NCBI RefSeq assembly: GCF_036321535.1
Contig: NC_087436.1
Coordinates: 87,112,001 to 87,176,000 of the forward strand
Reading direction: 5' to 3'
DNA length: 64,000 nt
Source of the DNA: Camelus dromedarius
Lineage: Eukaryota
The notes beneath the pieces are model-generated. The model saw only the letters and a list, made by a program, of their open reading frames with translations. It ran no database searches and was not told the DNA's origin. Within the stretch, counting starts at the first letter, position 1, and each line of letters begins with the position of its first letter. Position numbers and translations under genes: made by a program. Shown here one piece after another: positions 1 to 12,672 of the stretch.

Positions 1-2589
1 GAGGGACTTCAGGCAAAGGCAAGGACTTCCCGGGCTCTGGCAGCTCTAATCTGGCTGGGGAAGCAAGGCCTGTAACTAGCAAGACTAGAAATCCCTGCCT
101 TCGTGGGTTCCGCAGAACAGTGCCTGAGACAGGGACGTGGGAGCAGGTAGTTGACATGGAGATGATCCCAGGAAGCAGAAGGGAGGGGTCAGAAGAGACA
201 GTGGAGGGAGAAGAGCCAGAGAAGAGAGCCCTGTGGGCTGGTCATCGCTGTGGTTGACTGAGGTTCTGTCCTCTGGGGGCTTGAAGAGCCTCAGAACTGT
301 CCTGCTGGGGGACAGGGACCCGGGACATCTTCCCATTCACTCTCCCTCCACCCCGCCCCCACCTCATAGTTGAGACTCGCCTCCTGGGACCTGTCTTCAG
401 CTTTGTGCTGGGTCTGCATGCGGCCGAGCGGCTTTCTGTGGTTTGGAGGAAGCAAAACAGAGATGCGAGTGTGGTGCCTCAGGCAGGACCCCGGCTCGGG
501 CGTGGGGGGGACTGTCCACCATGGGACACAGAACCTGGGTGGTATTCCAGCCACGCCTGGCTGCTGGGGGTGCCGCTGCCACGTCGCCACCCACCACCAT
601 ATATATCCACCCACCACTGTGTATATCCAGTCATCCAGCTAAGGAGCCCCCATCCTTGCCTTCTGTGAAGTCCTACCCATTGTTCCAAGCCCTCCCTGCA
701 TCTCTGCCAGCGTCCAAAATCTGTACTCTGTATGCAGCAGTAGACAGCTTGCTGACTGCCTCCCACTTGCTGACATAGCCTCTTCAAGCCACCATGAATT
801 CCTTGAGGACAAAGGCTAGGCCTTCTCAGGCTTGAGCACAGGGCAGGAGTTCTGTAAGCCTTGGGGTCTTGACTTGGGGCAGGAGAACTGGTGTGGTGTT
901 TTGAGGGTGGCTGGGCCACCTGGCAACGTAGAGAAGGCCTGGTTCCTAGGGGTCTCCAGACACCCAACTAAGAAAAGGGACCCAGGTATGTAGGGAGCCA
1001 CTGCAGTTTCTTGAGCAGGGGAGTGACTAGTCATTGGCTGTGACCATTTCTGCTGTTGCTAACACCTGTCATGGTCTTAGCTGGTGGAATTTCTGATAAA
1101 GAGGTAAATTCTGCCTCGTTTCACACCCTCTCTGTCAGCAGTGTACAGGATCTGTTTAGTGAGCAGTTGTCTTTTCGAATAAGACTTTTTTTTTTAATCA
1201 GAAAGCACACTTCTCACTGCCCCTCACATGGTAAACCCAATTCTTCGCTGTTCCGAACAGTGATGCATTGTAACAGCCCAACAGACGTGTTAATCCCCAC
1301 TTTAAAAGGATAAAATGCAGACGTTTTCAAAGCCGTGTGACCTGAGTTTGACAACAGAGGCCCGGAATCTGCAGTGGCTCAGAGGCTTGGCTGTAGTCCG
1401 ACCGCCCTTCTTCTCAGTCATCTGCAGAGACAGCAGCTCAAAGAAGTTAGCTTTGTCTGCTACTTGTCCTTTGTGCAAAAAGTTCCCCCCGGAGGGTTAA
1501 CAGACCCTGGGATGATTCCAAAGGGGAGTGTTTACCATAGTGCCCTCACTTCCAAGTCTGTGAAGGGAGGTGGATTACCTGCCTGTTTGCTGGAGTGACA
1601 CCTGCGGGGGCAGGTCTCTATTAGACCCCAGCAGGCTCACAGCTAACTCTGCCCAGATCGGAGACGTGACCAGCGCTGGGTCTTTAAAAGTGCAGCAGGA
1701 ATTAGGCCTGGCCATTCTAGCTATACCCAAAAAGGCAGGCGGTCCAGTTCCATCTCCTGCTTAGACTTCTGTCGGAATACACGTAGCAACTGACTGAAGG
1801 GGCAGGTTCCTCAGAATCACCCCCAAACACACATCTGGCGACTGGTAGTGACTCTGACTTGCCCACTGATGTAAACAGCGATAGTACGCGTAACTGATAT
1901 GCCCCTCCCGTTGCAGCCTACCTGAGCCCTCGGCAGTTAGGACCATCTCCTCCCTACGAGTCCACATCTGCCCCTGGGAGCTCTTGCTCTCCAGTGCTGC
2001 CTCTAGCTCTTGGGCCGCACAGAATCTACAAGCAAATCAGGCTCATCCCTCCTCCACATGTCCTCCCCCAGGGCTACTCCTCTCTAAACTGAGTATCTTC
2101 AGTTCCTACGCACCCCCAACCCCCACCTCAGCCCATGGCCCCCGTGCGACTCCGCTGGGCCCCGAGTGTCTCTCCCTCTCTCACTCACAGCTGAGAGCCT
2201 TCCTTGCTGATCAGTGCAGAGGCAGTGGGACCACCTCGTTCCACCACAGGCCCTGCCTGCCTCTGGGCCTTTTCCTACCACCTTTCTGCCGGTCTGCTCC
2301 CTTCCGGCCTCAGGACTTTGCACTTAATTTATTCCCAGCACCTCAAATGGGGTCTGGCGCTGGGTGTCACGATTGTTGGCTGAATGTCGAATATTGAACC
2401 CTAAAAACTGTTCTTGCATTATTGAAGCATAAGATAAAAGTAACTTTTCTGGAGAACTACACCAACCTGTTATTAATTCTGAGATTATGGACAGCCAAAA
2501 TCACTCTGTCTTTTATATCAATTGCTATGATCCTATATCCACAAGGGTGCTTTTTGGACCCAAGTACAGGAACTTAAAATCATGTCTCT

Positions 2590-2860
2590 TAAATTACTCA
2601 GTGAACATTTATTGAGCATCTTCTCTATGCCAGGCACTCTTCTTTATGCTGAGGGTAGAGGGGTGACCAAGCCAGACTCTTTCCTGCTTTCATGGAACTT
2701 ACATTCCAATAGTGAGTGACTGATACTAAACACAGACGCTCCAGCCGGAAATGAGTGTTCCAGGGACAGAGACAGGGACTGTGGTGGGAGTACCTGTGGG
2801 GGATGTCCTTCAGATGGCACTGGCTCCCCTTGGAGGAGAAGGCTGGTGAGCTGAGATCTG
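2590..2860 (-). mobile_element. L2 3' fragment
   Basis: acatttattgagcatc..ctatgccaggcact, ctgctttcatggaacttacattcca. Confidence 0.65.
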
Positions 2861-2929
2861 CAAGGGATCCGCTCTTCAAAGGAAACTGCTGATAGAATCC
2901 ACTAAAGGCATATCGAGAAATGAATTCTT

Positions 2930-3034
2930 GAGGGGTGGGTATAGCTCAGGGGTAGAGTGCATACTTAGCTGCATGAGGCCCTGGGTTCAATCCTCACTAC
3001 TTCCATTTTTTTAAAAAAGTACAATTTTTTTAAA
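2930..3034 (+). mobile_element. tRNA-derived SINE (camelid Vic-1 type)
   Basis: ggggtgggtatagctcaggggtagag (A box) ... gggttcaatcc (B box), A/T-rich tail; TSD aaatgaattct at 2918-2928 and 3035-3045. Confidence 0.88.
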
Positions 3035-6000
3035 AAATGAATTCTCTTTCACAAAAAGTAATGAAGATAGTGTGAAACAGTGGAATCCAGAAAGCACATT
3101 AGCACCTGCTAGTCCAGAGGACGGTCGTCATACTCTAATATGGATGTGTTTTCTCCACCCTCTGCCCCTGGTTGTTGCTGATAAGACAAAGTGGGCGGTA
3201 GGAGAGGGCCCTCTTTCCCGACTACAAAAAAGGGATCAAAGAAGCAGCCTCTCAACCCCACCCCAAACAGCCACAGCCGGGAGCAGGAGACTTTGCAGGC
3301 TGGGCCACGCTGCGCGCGCCCAGCGCTGGCCTCTGTCTCACTCACTCTCTGCACCACACCCAGGCAGCTCTGCAGGCTGAACCCTGCAGTCAGCGGTGGC
3401 CAAGTCTGGGATTGTGGGAGGAAAATAACAGGGAGGGACCCTCCCAGAAAATACAGGGAAAGGCCAGCTCAGGAAACAGAGGAAGACCAAGTGGGCAAGC
3501 TGACCCTGCGGGCACGGCGCTTTGTGGACTAGAGCAGGTTGCCCAGCCACACTTTCATGTGGGTCTGTATTTCTGGGGCTGAATATTTAGTGGAAATGTA
3601 ATAGAAAAAAAGTAGGCCCAGAAATATGCTCATATACACAGTTTTGCACAACCTTAGGGGTTCAAGGATACCTAAATCCTGGCTCTAAACCCTGACTCCA
3701 AGTTATTCTAAAACCCAAGGAGAAAAAAAAAAAAAGTCCCAAGGAGAGGAGTCAAGCAACTTTTTTTTTTAATTCTGAAGTTTCTTACTCTAAGGAAAAT
3801 GTCAGTGGGATTTAAAATTTTTCTTTTTGCCTGAGTGAGCTTCAGGCCTTATGCTTTGAAGTAGACACTGTAGAGGAAGTAGGAGTCACGGTATTGGATG
3901 GCATTACTCGTGTTCATAGCAGTCCCGGTAACGGTGCCCTTTATTCCTGTGCGTTTCTCCTGCGTTTCTCTTTGATATTCGTAGCAATCCTCTTAACAGG
4001 GCTGAAGTCGTTCGCAATGTAAGGTTTTTGTTCTCCTGGTTGTTTTCCCTCAAGTGACGGCTTTTTAAACAACTATCACGAGGGACAAAGTGAAGAGACA
4101 TCTGAAATCTCAGCCGGTTCTTTAGGAGTGCCTAAGCGCAGCACGCCCGCCCCGGAGGCAACGTGAAGGCAGCGGTTTCCCAGGAAGCTTAATCACATCC
4201 ATTTAGCTAATCCACTGCCCCACCGGTTTAATACACACACTCTATGTTTAACGCTGTGCGTGGGTCTGCGTGTGTACAGGAGCAGCCCCTGTGCAAGCAG
4301 AGGCGGGTGGTGCCTCAAATACGATCTGTGCTCAAAAACCAATTCCTCAGCTGGCTGAACATGCATGTTGGTGCCCGTGCATCTGAGTTGCTTTTACTGG
4401 GAAGCATCTCCCAAGTTTAAAAGAAAAATGGAGAAAAACCATTGTTCTCCCCTGCTCCTTTCAATTCACAATATTCATAATGTTCACAATTAAATCAGAA
4501 TGATATGGAGTCTAAATCCCGGATTGCCCCGCTTCCTCTCTGTTCAGCAGAAATAGAACAGGAAGATGCTGGCACCTGCAAATTATAGCGATGGCCCGCA
4601 GAAGCGGAAAGAGGAAAGAAAGCGAGAGGGCTGGGTCACTGCTGCTGGGAGCCAGAGCCAGGCAGGCTGGCAGGCTGGGCAGGGATGCTGTCCCTCTCAC
4701 ACCAGAGTAGAGCGCCTGCCCTGGGCGGAGCTTGGGGGCTGCTGTTAGGGGCTTGGTTCAGAGGCTCTTGGGAACCGTGGTGTCCTCCACCCCTGTCTCC
4801 CAGATGGATGTTTTCATCAGTGCCCTCACTTGCCTTGGAAAAAGCCAGTCTTCTGAAAGGAATTCTCTTAACGCTTAATTTGCTTAATAACGCACATTTG
4901 ATGACTGTGTTTGTGAAATTTAAATTTAATATCAGACAGGCCAATTTCAGACTCTTTTAAACATTTTCTTTTTCATTTTCGAGTGTCTACCCCCTGCCCA
5001 CTTAGCTATTCTTTTTTTTAAAATAATTTTAAGGACTATTTTAGTCAAATAATGCAGAGATGCACCTTAGTTGAATACGCTAAAAAACTGAAAATGCTCA
5101 AAAGCGTTCTGAAGAACAAAAGATGCCTAAGGTATGAAAGTGTTTAAGGACCATCAGCTATTATACTACAAACAAAATGTTAGCAGAGCAATCCTGCTTG
5201 TTCTTCAGTATAGGAATTTTAGACAAATGGATTTTCAGTCAAATTGATTTGAAACGAATTTACCCAGAGCTATTTGAGCTCTCTTTCCAGAGCCTCCTGC
5301 TAACCGTTGCTAAACTCACTGCTTCCTTCCTAGTCTTGTTTTCCTTCATTCATTTAATCATTCACTAACTCACTGTATCAAGGACCTGCTAGATATCAGG
5401 TCTGTGCTAACAAACAACAAAAAGACTCAGTTAAGGAAACAAGAAATACAGTGTGATACCAACAGCCATGAAAACACCCTCAGTCTTCAGGTAGGGGTGA
5501 TCTGGGAAGGCTTCCTGGAAGTAGTGATGTCTGACCAGATTGTTGAAGGACAACTAAGAGAAAGGGAACTCCCCTTCCCGATAAAGAACCATCCCCAAAG
5601 TGCCACTTGTGGAACTGCAAATGATTTAGGGTGGCTGGAATGTGGAAGCGGTGGTGAAGGGGGTGGGGTGTGGAGTGCTGAGCAGACATCAGATTCTCAA
5701 GTCTTGGAAAACTCTCTAAGATGGCTGGACTTATAAAGGGTGGGGAGGAGGCAGTCAGGATTTGAAGCCTATGGGTAAATATGATCAGATTTACACCCAG
5801 GGTAGGTGGCTCTGGCATCTCTGCCTCCCCTGCATGGGCCTGGTGACTGCTCCAGTGACTGCTATGAGCTGAATAGAGGGGACGCAGCAGAGGGTGAGAG
5901 CAGTGAGGACGGTGATGATAAGAAGACAATAACAGCGAGGACCATTTTCAGCCCCTCTAGAACCTGTCATTGTGCTAAATATTTTACGTAGATGTTCACA

Positions 6001-6774
6001 TTTAATTCTCAAGATAATTATGAGGTGGATTCCCACTTTACAGATGAGGAATTTGAGGCTCAAAATGAGTAAGCAAATTCTCTAGGCTCCATCGTCTGGA
6101 AAGTGACCGGCTGGGGCCCAACTCAGATTGAACACTCCTAAGTCTGTGCCTTACCCTCTGTGCTGTCCAGCGAGAGTCCTTGGTCTCAGCTTTCTCCCCT
6201 CCTCAGAGACCTGACCTTCTCAGTTCCTTCACAGACTGCCTTTGTTTTCCATCTGTTCCTTTTCAGCCCTCCACAGAGCATGCCCCAGACACTCTGATTC
6301 AGCCCTCACGTTGTCTAAATACCCTCTTGTTTAGATGGGAGGGGTTTAAATGGTCTTTGGTTCCAGCTCAATGGAGGCGACTGAACCCACAGTCACTGTT
6401 GGCCGTGACTGGAAGCCCAGCACACGACCTGAGAGTGACGGATTCTTTTGGCTTAATTATCACTGCTCTAGAAGTGTCCACGTCAACTGAGTCTCCAGCC
6501 TTTTCTCTCCAAGTTCCTCAGTCCTGCCAGTAAGACTTAAGCATCCTGGGGGCCTCACTCAAGCCAGGACTCTCAGCCAGAGAGGAATCCGCCATGTTGG
6601 CTTTGCAACTAAGGACCCGAGGGGCTGGCAGGGGCAGTGGGGATTGGCAGGCACAGGGCAGGGAAGGGGCCTGTGGCTCAGTAGCTGCACTGGCCTCCTA
6701 CCTCACCAGAGTCTACCACCAGAGTGTGCAAAGGTTTTTTGTCTTTATGTGGGCATTTTTTAAAATATCTGAAT

Positions 6775-6935
6775 AAGGCTTTCTTAACTTGTATTCTGTG
6801 AATCCTAGTTGTCTATGAACCTCACCTAAAACTATACTCAAAGTCTTGTGTGTAGGAACATCTGCATATTTTTCTAGAGAAGTTTTAGCTTTCATAAGAT
6901 TCGAAAGAAGGCCTGTGACCCAATCACAAAACCAC
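6775..6935 (+). mobile_element. Probable hAT-Charlie MITE remnant (MER103-like)
   Basis: tgcatatttttct...agctttcat.agattc.aaag..gcctgtgaccca resembles the recalled consensus. Confidence 0.45.
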
Positions 6936-8054
6936 AAGAAAATAACAGCTGAGAATTGTTGAGCCCCTCGCGTGCTCTACACACGTGACCTTAAGTCATC
7001 CTTGCCACAATGCTATAAGCTCTAGGCTGTTGGTTGTTTTCTGGGATGGATAGGGTAAGGCCCCAAGTGAAGGGACCATCCTCGGGGCATGCAGCTGGTC
7101 AGCTGGGAGCTGGGCTCTGCCGGGGTCTGACGCCTGTGCTGGCCTGGGCGCCGCTGTTCTTAGCCACCTGCTGGCTTGGCCTGGAAAACCCTGAGGAGTG
7201 AGTAGACACCCCCTCCAGGGCCACATATGCAAATGGTGTCTACACTGCATGACAAGGGGATCCTAATATTGACTCACTGCACTCGAATTCTCATCAAATG
7301 ACTCAAGGAAAAATGTGAACACAGTGCAGTGTATTTTCTTCTGCCCACAATATGACTTGGCTGACATTAACCATATATTTTCAAGGATAATTGTCTTTCA
7401 AGAAAAAGTAAAATCACTGCTTTCAAAGATTCATTTTTGTTTTAAACAGAAAACTTTGTAATAACCCTCATTTCTTTAACAACAACAACAAGAAAGTTAT
7501 AAAATGCTTCCTTCTCTATTTACCTCCCTCTGCCTTTCCTCCACACTGGATTGTGGACTCTGTTTTTGGCCAGTGAGTTGGTTAACTTATTGGTTTGGTT
7601 CCTCCTGGGACAACTCTGGGGACAGGAGGGGAGAAGTGTGAGTGTGAGTGCTGACTTGCTCACTCTGGAGAGGCCAGACTGGGCTGTGTGGCCCAGGGAA
7701 GCCCAGGCCAGCCGACAGGCGGAGACTCCCCCGCACTCAGCGGCTGGACCCCGGCATCAGACTCCAGTACCTCCTTCCCCACTTCCCAGGGTCACCTTCA
7801 TCCGGTGGGTGCACCAACCCCTGCTTGGACAAACCTCACCAGCCTGACAAAGCACGTTGTTGCCCCGGCCCAACTCTGGGAATAAGCTTTCCCAGTGCTG
7901 CATAGGGAAATCTGCCTCAGAGGACCGACCCAGACTCAGGGACACAGGAGGGGACACCACGATGACAGGCCAGAGAGGCCCAAAGGTCCTTGGGGATGAG
8001 GGGAGTGAGCAGCCCTCCCAGAGCCCTTGACGATAGAGAAGTGGCTGGACAGGC

Positions 8055-8290
8055 ACTTGGACACTGCAGCCAGCCTGCCTGGGTTGGAATCCTGACTCAT
8101 CTACTTCCTGTGTGTCCTTGGACAAGTTACTTAGCCTTTCTGTGCTGTATTTTTCTTCTCTGCAAAATAGAAATAATAGGTGTACCTGCTTCAGAGGGTT
8201 GTTATGAAGATTAAATGGATATTAAATGAGATCATCCTCAATGCCTGGAACATCAAAGGACTAATAAATATTAGCAGATATCATCATTAT
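8055..8290 (+). mobile_element. MIR SINE
   Basis: cctgggttggaatcctgactc..ctacttcctg.gtgtccttggacaagttacttagcc, tctgcaaaatag..ataatag, gggttgttatgaagattaaatg. Confidence 0.75.
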
Positions 8291-8297
8291 TATTGTC

Positions 8298-8650
8298 ATT
8301 ATGGGTTGAATTGTGTCCCCTCCCAAAAGATGTTCAAGTCCAAACCCCTAGTACCTGTGAATGTGACCTTATTTGGAAATAGGTCTTTGCAGATGGTCAA
8401 ATTAAGATGAGGTCATTAGGGTGGGCCCTAATCCAATATGACTGTGTCCTTACAAAGGAGACTTTTGGACACAGAGGCTGACACACATAGAGGGAAGACA
8501 GTGTGAAGACATAAGGAAGCTTAGGAGGGAAGATTCTCCCTCACAACCCTTAGAAGGAACCAACCCTGCCAACACCTTGATCCTGGACTTCCGGCCTCCA
8601 GAACTAGGAGACCATAATTTTCTGTTATTTAAGCCACCAATTTTGTTTCT
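8298..8650 (+). mobile_element. MaLR solo LTR (MLT1A/B/C-like)
   Basis: tatgggttgaattgtgtcccc, gtgaatgtgaccttatttggaaatagg, ccctaatccaatatgactg, ccttgatcctggacttccggcctccagaact. Confidence 0.85.
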
Positions 8651-9103
8651 AGAAAATGAATTCAGTCACCATCATTATCACCTGCGACAGCATCCAGCTC
8701 TTGTGTGTGCCTTCTCACTTTCCCTGGAGGAGCAAAGGCTCTCTGGAAGAGGGAGAACTCTCTATATTGAGGGCAAATTACTGGATTGCAGAGCTACAGT
8801 CTGATCAAATTCGATGCAGCTGTAAGAAGGTGTCTCGCTTGCCCTTCTCAGCACCCGCTGGTTAAAGGTTCAGCAGGCACGGCCCAGACCTCCCATGAGC
8901 CATCCTTCCCAGCCTGTGCACCCTCCTTCCACCCGGGACACCAGCATCCCCGGGCATTCAAGCTGCCACCTTCTGCCTTTTTCTCCACAACACCCCATCC
9001 CATGGCTTCCCCCAAAGAAATATGTTGCATTTGATTTCTCATCGTCTAATAAACTGGAACTGACTTCCCTAATTGTCTGCGGTGTGTTTGCCCCTCCTGT
9101 TAG

Positions 9104-9196
9104 GTAATCGTGCTGTCCACGCGACTCCTGAAGCCACTTAACATCCCTGAGCTGTTATTTGCAACTGACCGGCTACATCCAGACCTTGGCTTCTGA
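9104..9196 (+). CDS. SCFD2: SCFD2 (Sec1 family domain-containing 2), terminal coding exon
   Basis: Pyrimidine-rich acceptor (cccctcctgttag, AG at 9102-9103) is followed by phase-0 VIVLSTRLLKPLNIPELLFATDRLHPDLGF-TGA, which matches the SCFD2 C-terminus as I recall it. The convergent position next to RASL11B matches known mammalian synteny. No upstream SCFD2 exon was recognised in 1-9103. Confidence 0.93.
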   Translation, partial: VIVLSTRLLKPLNIPELLFATDRLHPDLGF

Positions 9197-10290
9197 GCAT
9201 CTGCTAAGAAGATGAGACCTACCGGGCTGGAAATCCCAACACTGTTCTCTGTCACCATCCAAGATATGCCTCCAAAATCAGTGTCCCTGTTTCTAATCAT
9301 GGATATGACTGAATTCTGCCCAGAAGGTCTTGATAACCACACAGTGAATTACTTAGCTGGAATTGCTGCAATTCTTAAAAAACAAAACAAAACCTTTTAG
9401 GGATGGGGGTATAGCTCAGCAGTAGAGCGTGTGCTTGGCTTGCACAAGGTCCTGGGTTCAATCCCCGGTGCCTCTATTAAGGAAGGGAAAACAAAAACCT
9501 TTTTCATTTTTCTAAAGATGTCAAACTGTCTCTCAGCTGGCCTAATTCATGATAATTCCCCTTTATCCTTAACTCTCTATCTGTGATCTTTCTGATTCCA
9601 CCTGCAAGTTCATTCATTCTAAGTAAGTGCCTGTTGGTGAGTGTTGGTGGATGACAAACCTTTTGATCTGCAGTTGCTCAAGGAAGAGTTAGACATGTTT
9701 TAGAATCATGAGTGTGAGGAAAGGTTGGTTTTTAAGATTATATAGCTGAGGAGGGAACATTGCAAAGAGGATCGGAGGCTTTGTTTCTCTCTTGATCTGA
9801 GCCATTTCTGAAAAGGCGAGGGAGGGGTAGTGGCCAGGGCAGTGCTGATTGTCTGCCCGTTTTGTAAATCGCCTGCCAGTACAAAGGGCTGCATTGTTCC
9901 AGTTAGCTTACTGGGCAGGGCTGCCAGCCTGCTTGGAACAGTAGTGGGAGAGAGGTTGATTGGAGGGCTGTCTCTGCCTATTAAAGCTTTCCTCTCCTCC
10001 CCAAGGAAGGCTCCAATAAAAATATCTGGTCCAAGGAGTCTAAGTTGGAACCCCAACCTCTGTGACTTTTGTGATTTCACATTTCTACTGAAATATAAAG
10101 CTTTCTTTTCTGTGAGTCTAAGTCTCCCTTCTGGCCATAGCAGAAAAACCTAGACTCATAGAGTGAAATTATACAAGAACTCCAGCCAAAATTAACTGCT
10201 TGGAACTGCACATTAATAGGTATACAGTTGGTGGAAATTCCTAGCATCTCTCAAAGATGTTTGTAATAAAGAGATAAAGCTGTAAAACAG
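9197..10290 (+). other. SCFD2: Probable SCFD2 3'UTR; poly(A) signal AATAAA at 10265-10270 (alternative AATAAA at 10015-10020)
   Basis: Lies downstream of the TGA and contains two canonical AATAAA hexamers. Which one is used is inferred. Confidence 0.6.
9400..9487 (+). mobile_element. tRNA-derived SINE (Vic-1 type) inside the SCFD2 3'UTR
   Basis: gggggtatagctcagcagtagagcg...cctgggttcaatcccc; flanked by aaaacaaaa(a)cctttt direct repeats. Confidence 0.88.
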
Positions 10291-12092
10291 TGGCTAGTGC
10301 GGATTAAACAGGTGGAGGAAATAAAATGTAAACCAAAATCCTCTATGTCTCTGCTTTTAGTTCTCTGCAAAGCACTATCACCATATGAGAAAACCATGGA
10401 GCTGGAAATCACTTTGAGATGTAATCAGAGCAGGTTTCCTAGACCCTGGCTTCTTTATTTTGTCCAAGGATGTTTTCTACCTAACACCAGTTCTTTCTTG
10501 GTGCTGAAATACTGGCTGCTTCTCCTGTTCTGCTTATTTCCAAATTTGAACTTGAATGAGGAAGAAACGGCAATAGCAAAGGAAATGATAATTAAAGCAA
10601 AGATCACTGTTTTCTAAAATAATGAAGTAACCTTTTGTGTGTCTGTCTCCAATCTGCATTCATTCGTTTGTTCATTCATTCATGCATTCATTCCCACATA
10701 TCCAGCAGCACGGACCAGGCCCCCTGCTAGTTTCCGGGACATCCTGGGGAAGAGCCAGGTGCATCCCTGACTCTCTGGTTTTACAGAATTAAGCACCTGG
10801 TGCTTCTCCTGATGCTCAGGCCCTCTGTGAGTATTTGCTCGAGGTTAAGTTTTAAACCATATGTCTATATGCAAAGGAAACTTTCTGGAAATAGAAAAAA
10901 CCAAACTGCTCACACGTGGTTCCCTCTGGGAAGGAGTACATTATAGGAGGACTAACGAAAGGGGAAGTCTTGCTCTCAGTCTATTTGTGTCATTTGAGTT
11001 TTTTTTATAGTCAACATGTATTTGTATATTACTTCTGTGGCCTTCATGTATTTTTACAAGTTAATTTCCTCTTTAAAAAAAAAGACATCTCAAAGGCTTC
11101 TGATCTGAAATTATAAATGGAGGAAGTTTCTGGTTGTAAATGTTATCATGAAGCAGTTACTATGTCCCAAAAATACTCTCAATAATAGATTAAATATGGC
11201 CAAAGGCAGTCTCTGGTGGGGAAAACATCAGAAGTTTAGTTAATGATCTTCTTTTTCCATCTCTGTGGTCGCTGGCTGGAGGAACTGAGCTAGGCAGGCA
11301 GTCAGGAAGTGGAAGGCTTTGGAGGAAAGGTGGGCTGAAAGAAGTTTGTGTTGACCAGAGTCTGGTTTGATTGGAAAGTAGGAGGCCCAGGAAAGGGTGC
11401 TGCTCTTTGAGTTAAAAGCAGGAGCATCATGAGAACTTGGTATAAATCCTGCAAAGGCCCTTCACCGGATCAGGAAAAAGAGGGGACTCGGGAAGTAGCA
11501 CATGGCCCCCGGCAGAGCTTCCTGAACCCTTTCTGGTGTTGCCTTCTTCTTGTGCTCACTTCCCCAGGGGAGAAGGAAGTGGGGGAGAAAGGGATCACGT
11601 GCTTGGCACCCTGCAAAGGAGCGCTGGTTAGAACAGAGCTCCAGAGTCGTCTCTGGGTGTAAGTCCCAGCTCTGCCGCTCCCAGCAGCGTGCACCTCTCC
11701 AAGCCTTGTTCCTCCATCTGTAAGGTCCAGATGGTAATGAATGGTCCCTGAGAAGGCTGCTGGAGAGGGAAGCCGTTCCTCGCACAGTGGCTAGCATGTG
11801 ACCCCAAGGAGCGTAGGTGTTTACTGTAGAGGACACGAGGAAAGTCACCTCACAAAATGATATAGTCTCAACAGGAGAATAATGTTATATGAAGAAAAAC
11901 TCTGGAGCCCTTCCTGGGGTCCACAAGGAGATGGGAAAATGGAGGAAGAATAACACCCTGGTCCCACATTCAGAATAATACAACCAGGAGCGGTGCCTGG
12001 AGCCCCATCGATGACTTGGGTTCCAATCCCAGCTCCTCCACAGAGTGGTTCACTTCTCCTGGTCTCAGTTGATTATAAAATTGGACAAGGCC

Positions 12093-12203
12093 GGGACGTA
12101 CTGTGTCGGGTCATTGTGAGAATTTAAACACTTGATACCATGCTGTTTTGATTACTGGTATTAAGTCTTTTAATTCTCACAATGATCCGACACAGTATGT
12201 CCC
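12093..12203. repeat. Inverted repeat: 48-bp arms, 15-nt loop
   Basis: 12093-12140 versus the reverse complement of 12156-12203: 43/48 identical. Confidence 0.92.
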
Positions 12204-12672
12204 ATATTACTCAGCTATAAAAGATAATAAAGTAATGCCATTTGCAGCAACATGAATGGACCTGGAGATCGTCATTCTAAGTGAAGTAAGGCAAAAAGAG
12301 AAAGAAAAATACAATATGATATCATTTGTATGTGGAATTGAAAAAAAAGACAAACGAACTTATTTACAAAACAGAAACAGACTCACAGACATAGAAAACA
12401 AACATATGGTTACCAGTGGGGAAAGGAGGTGAGAAAGGATAAACTGGGAGTTTGAGATTTGCATATACTAATACATATAAAATAGATAAACAAGTTCATA
12501 CTGTATAGCACAGGGAACAATATTCAATATCTTGTAGTAACTTATGGTGAAAAAGAATATGAAAATGAATATATGTATGTTCATGTATGACTGAAACATT
12601 ATGCTGTACACCAGAAGTTGACACAACATTGTAAACTGACTGTACTTTAATAAATACATATATATTTTTTAA
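12204..12672 (+). mobile_element. 5'-truncated L1 (end of ORF2 plus 3'UTR), inserted into a MIR
   Basis: taatgccatttgcagcaacatg..gacctggag..., acagactcacagacatagaaaac, ending in aataaa and an AT-rich tail. MIR-like sequence lies on both sides (~12010-12130 and ~12675-12740). Confidence 0.88.

Noticed and set aside
2930..3034. tRNA-like sequences (also at 9400, 16471 and 45505) as tRNA genes
   Set aside because: They have TSDs, A-rich tails and mutually divergent bodies, which marks them as tRNA-derived SINEs.
1..9103. Additional SCFD2 coding exons
   Set aside because: No segment translating to recognisable SCFD2 sequence was found; the region is treated as the last intron.
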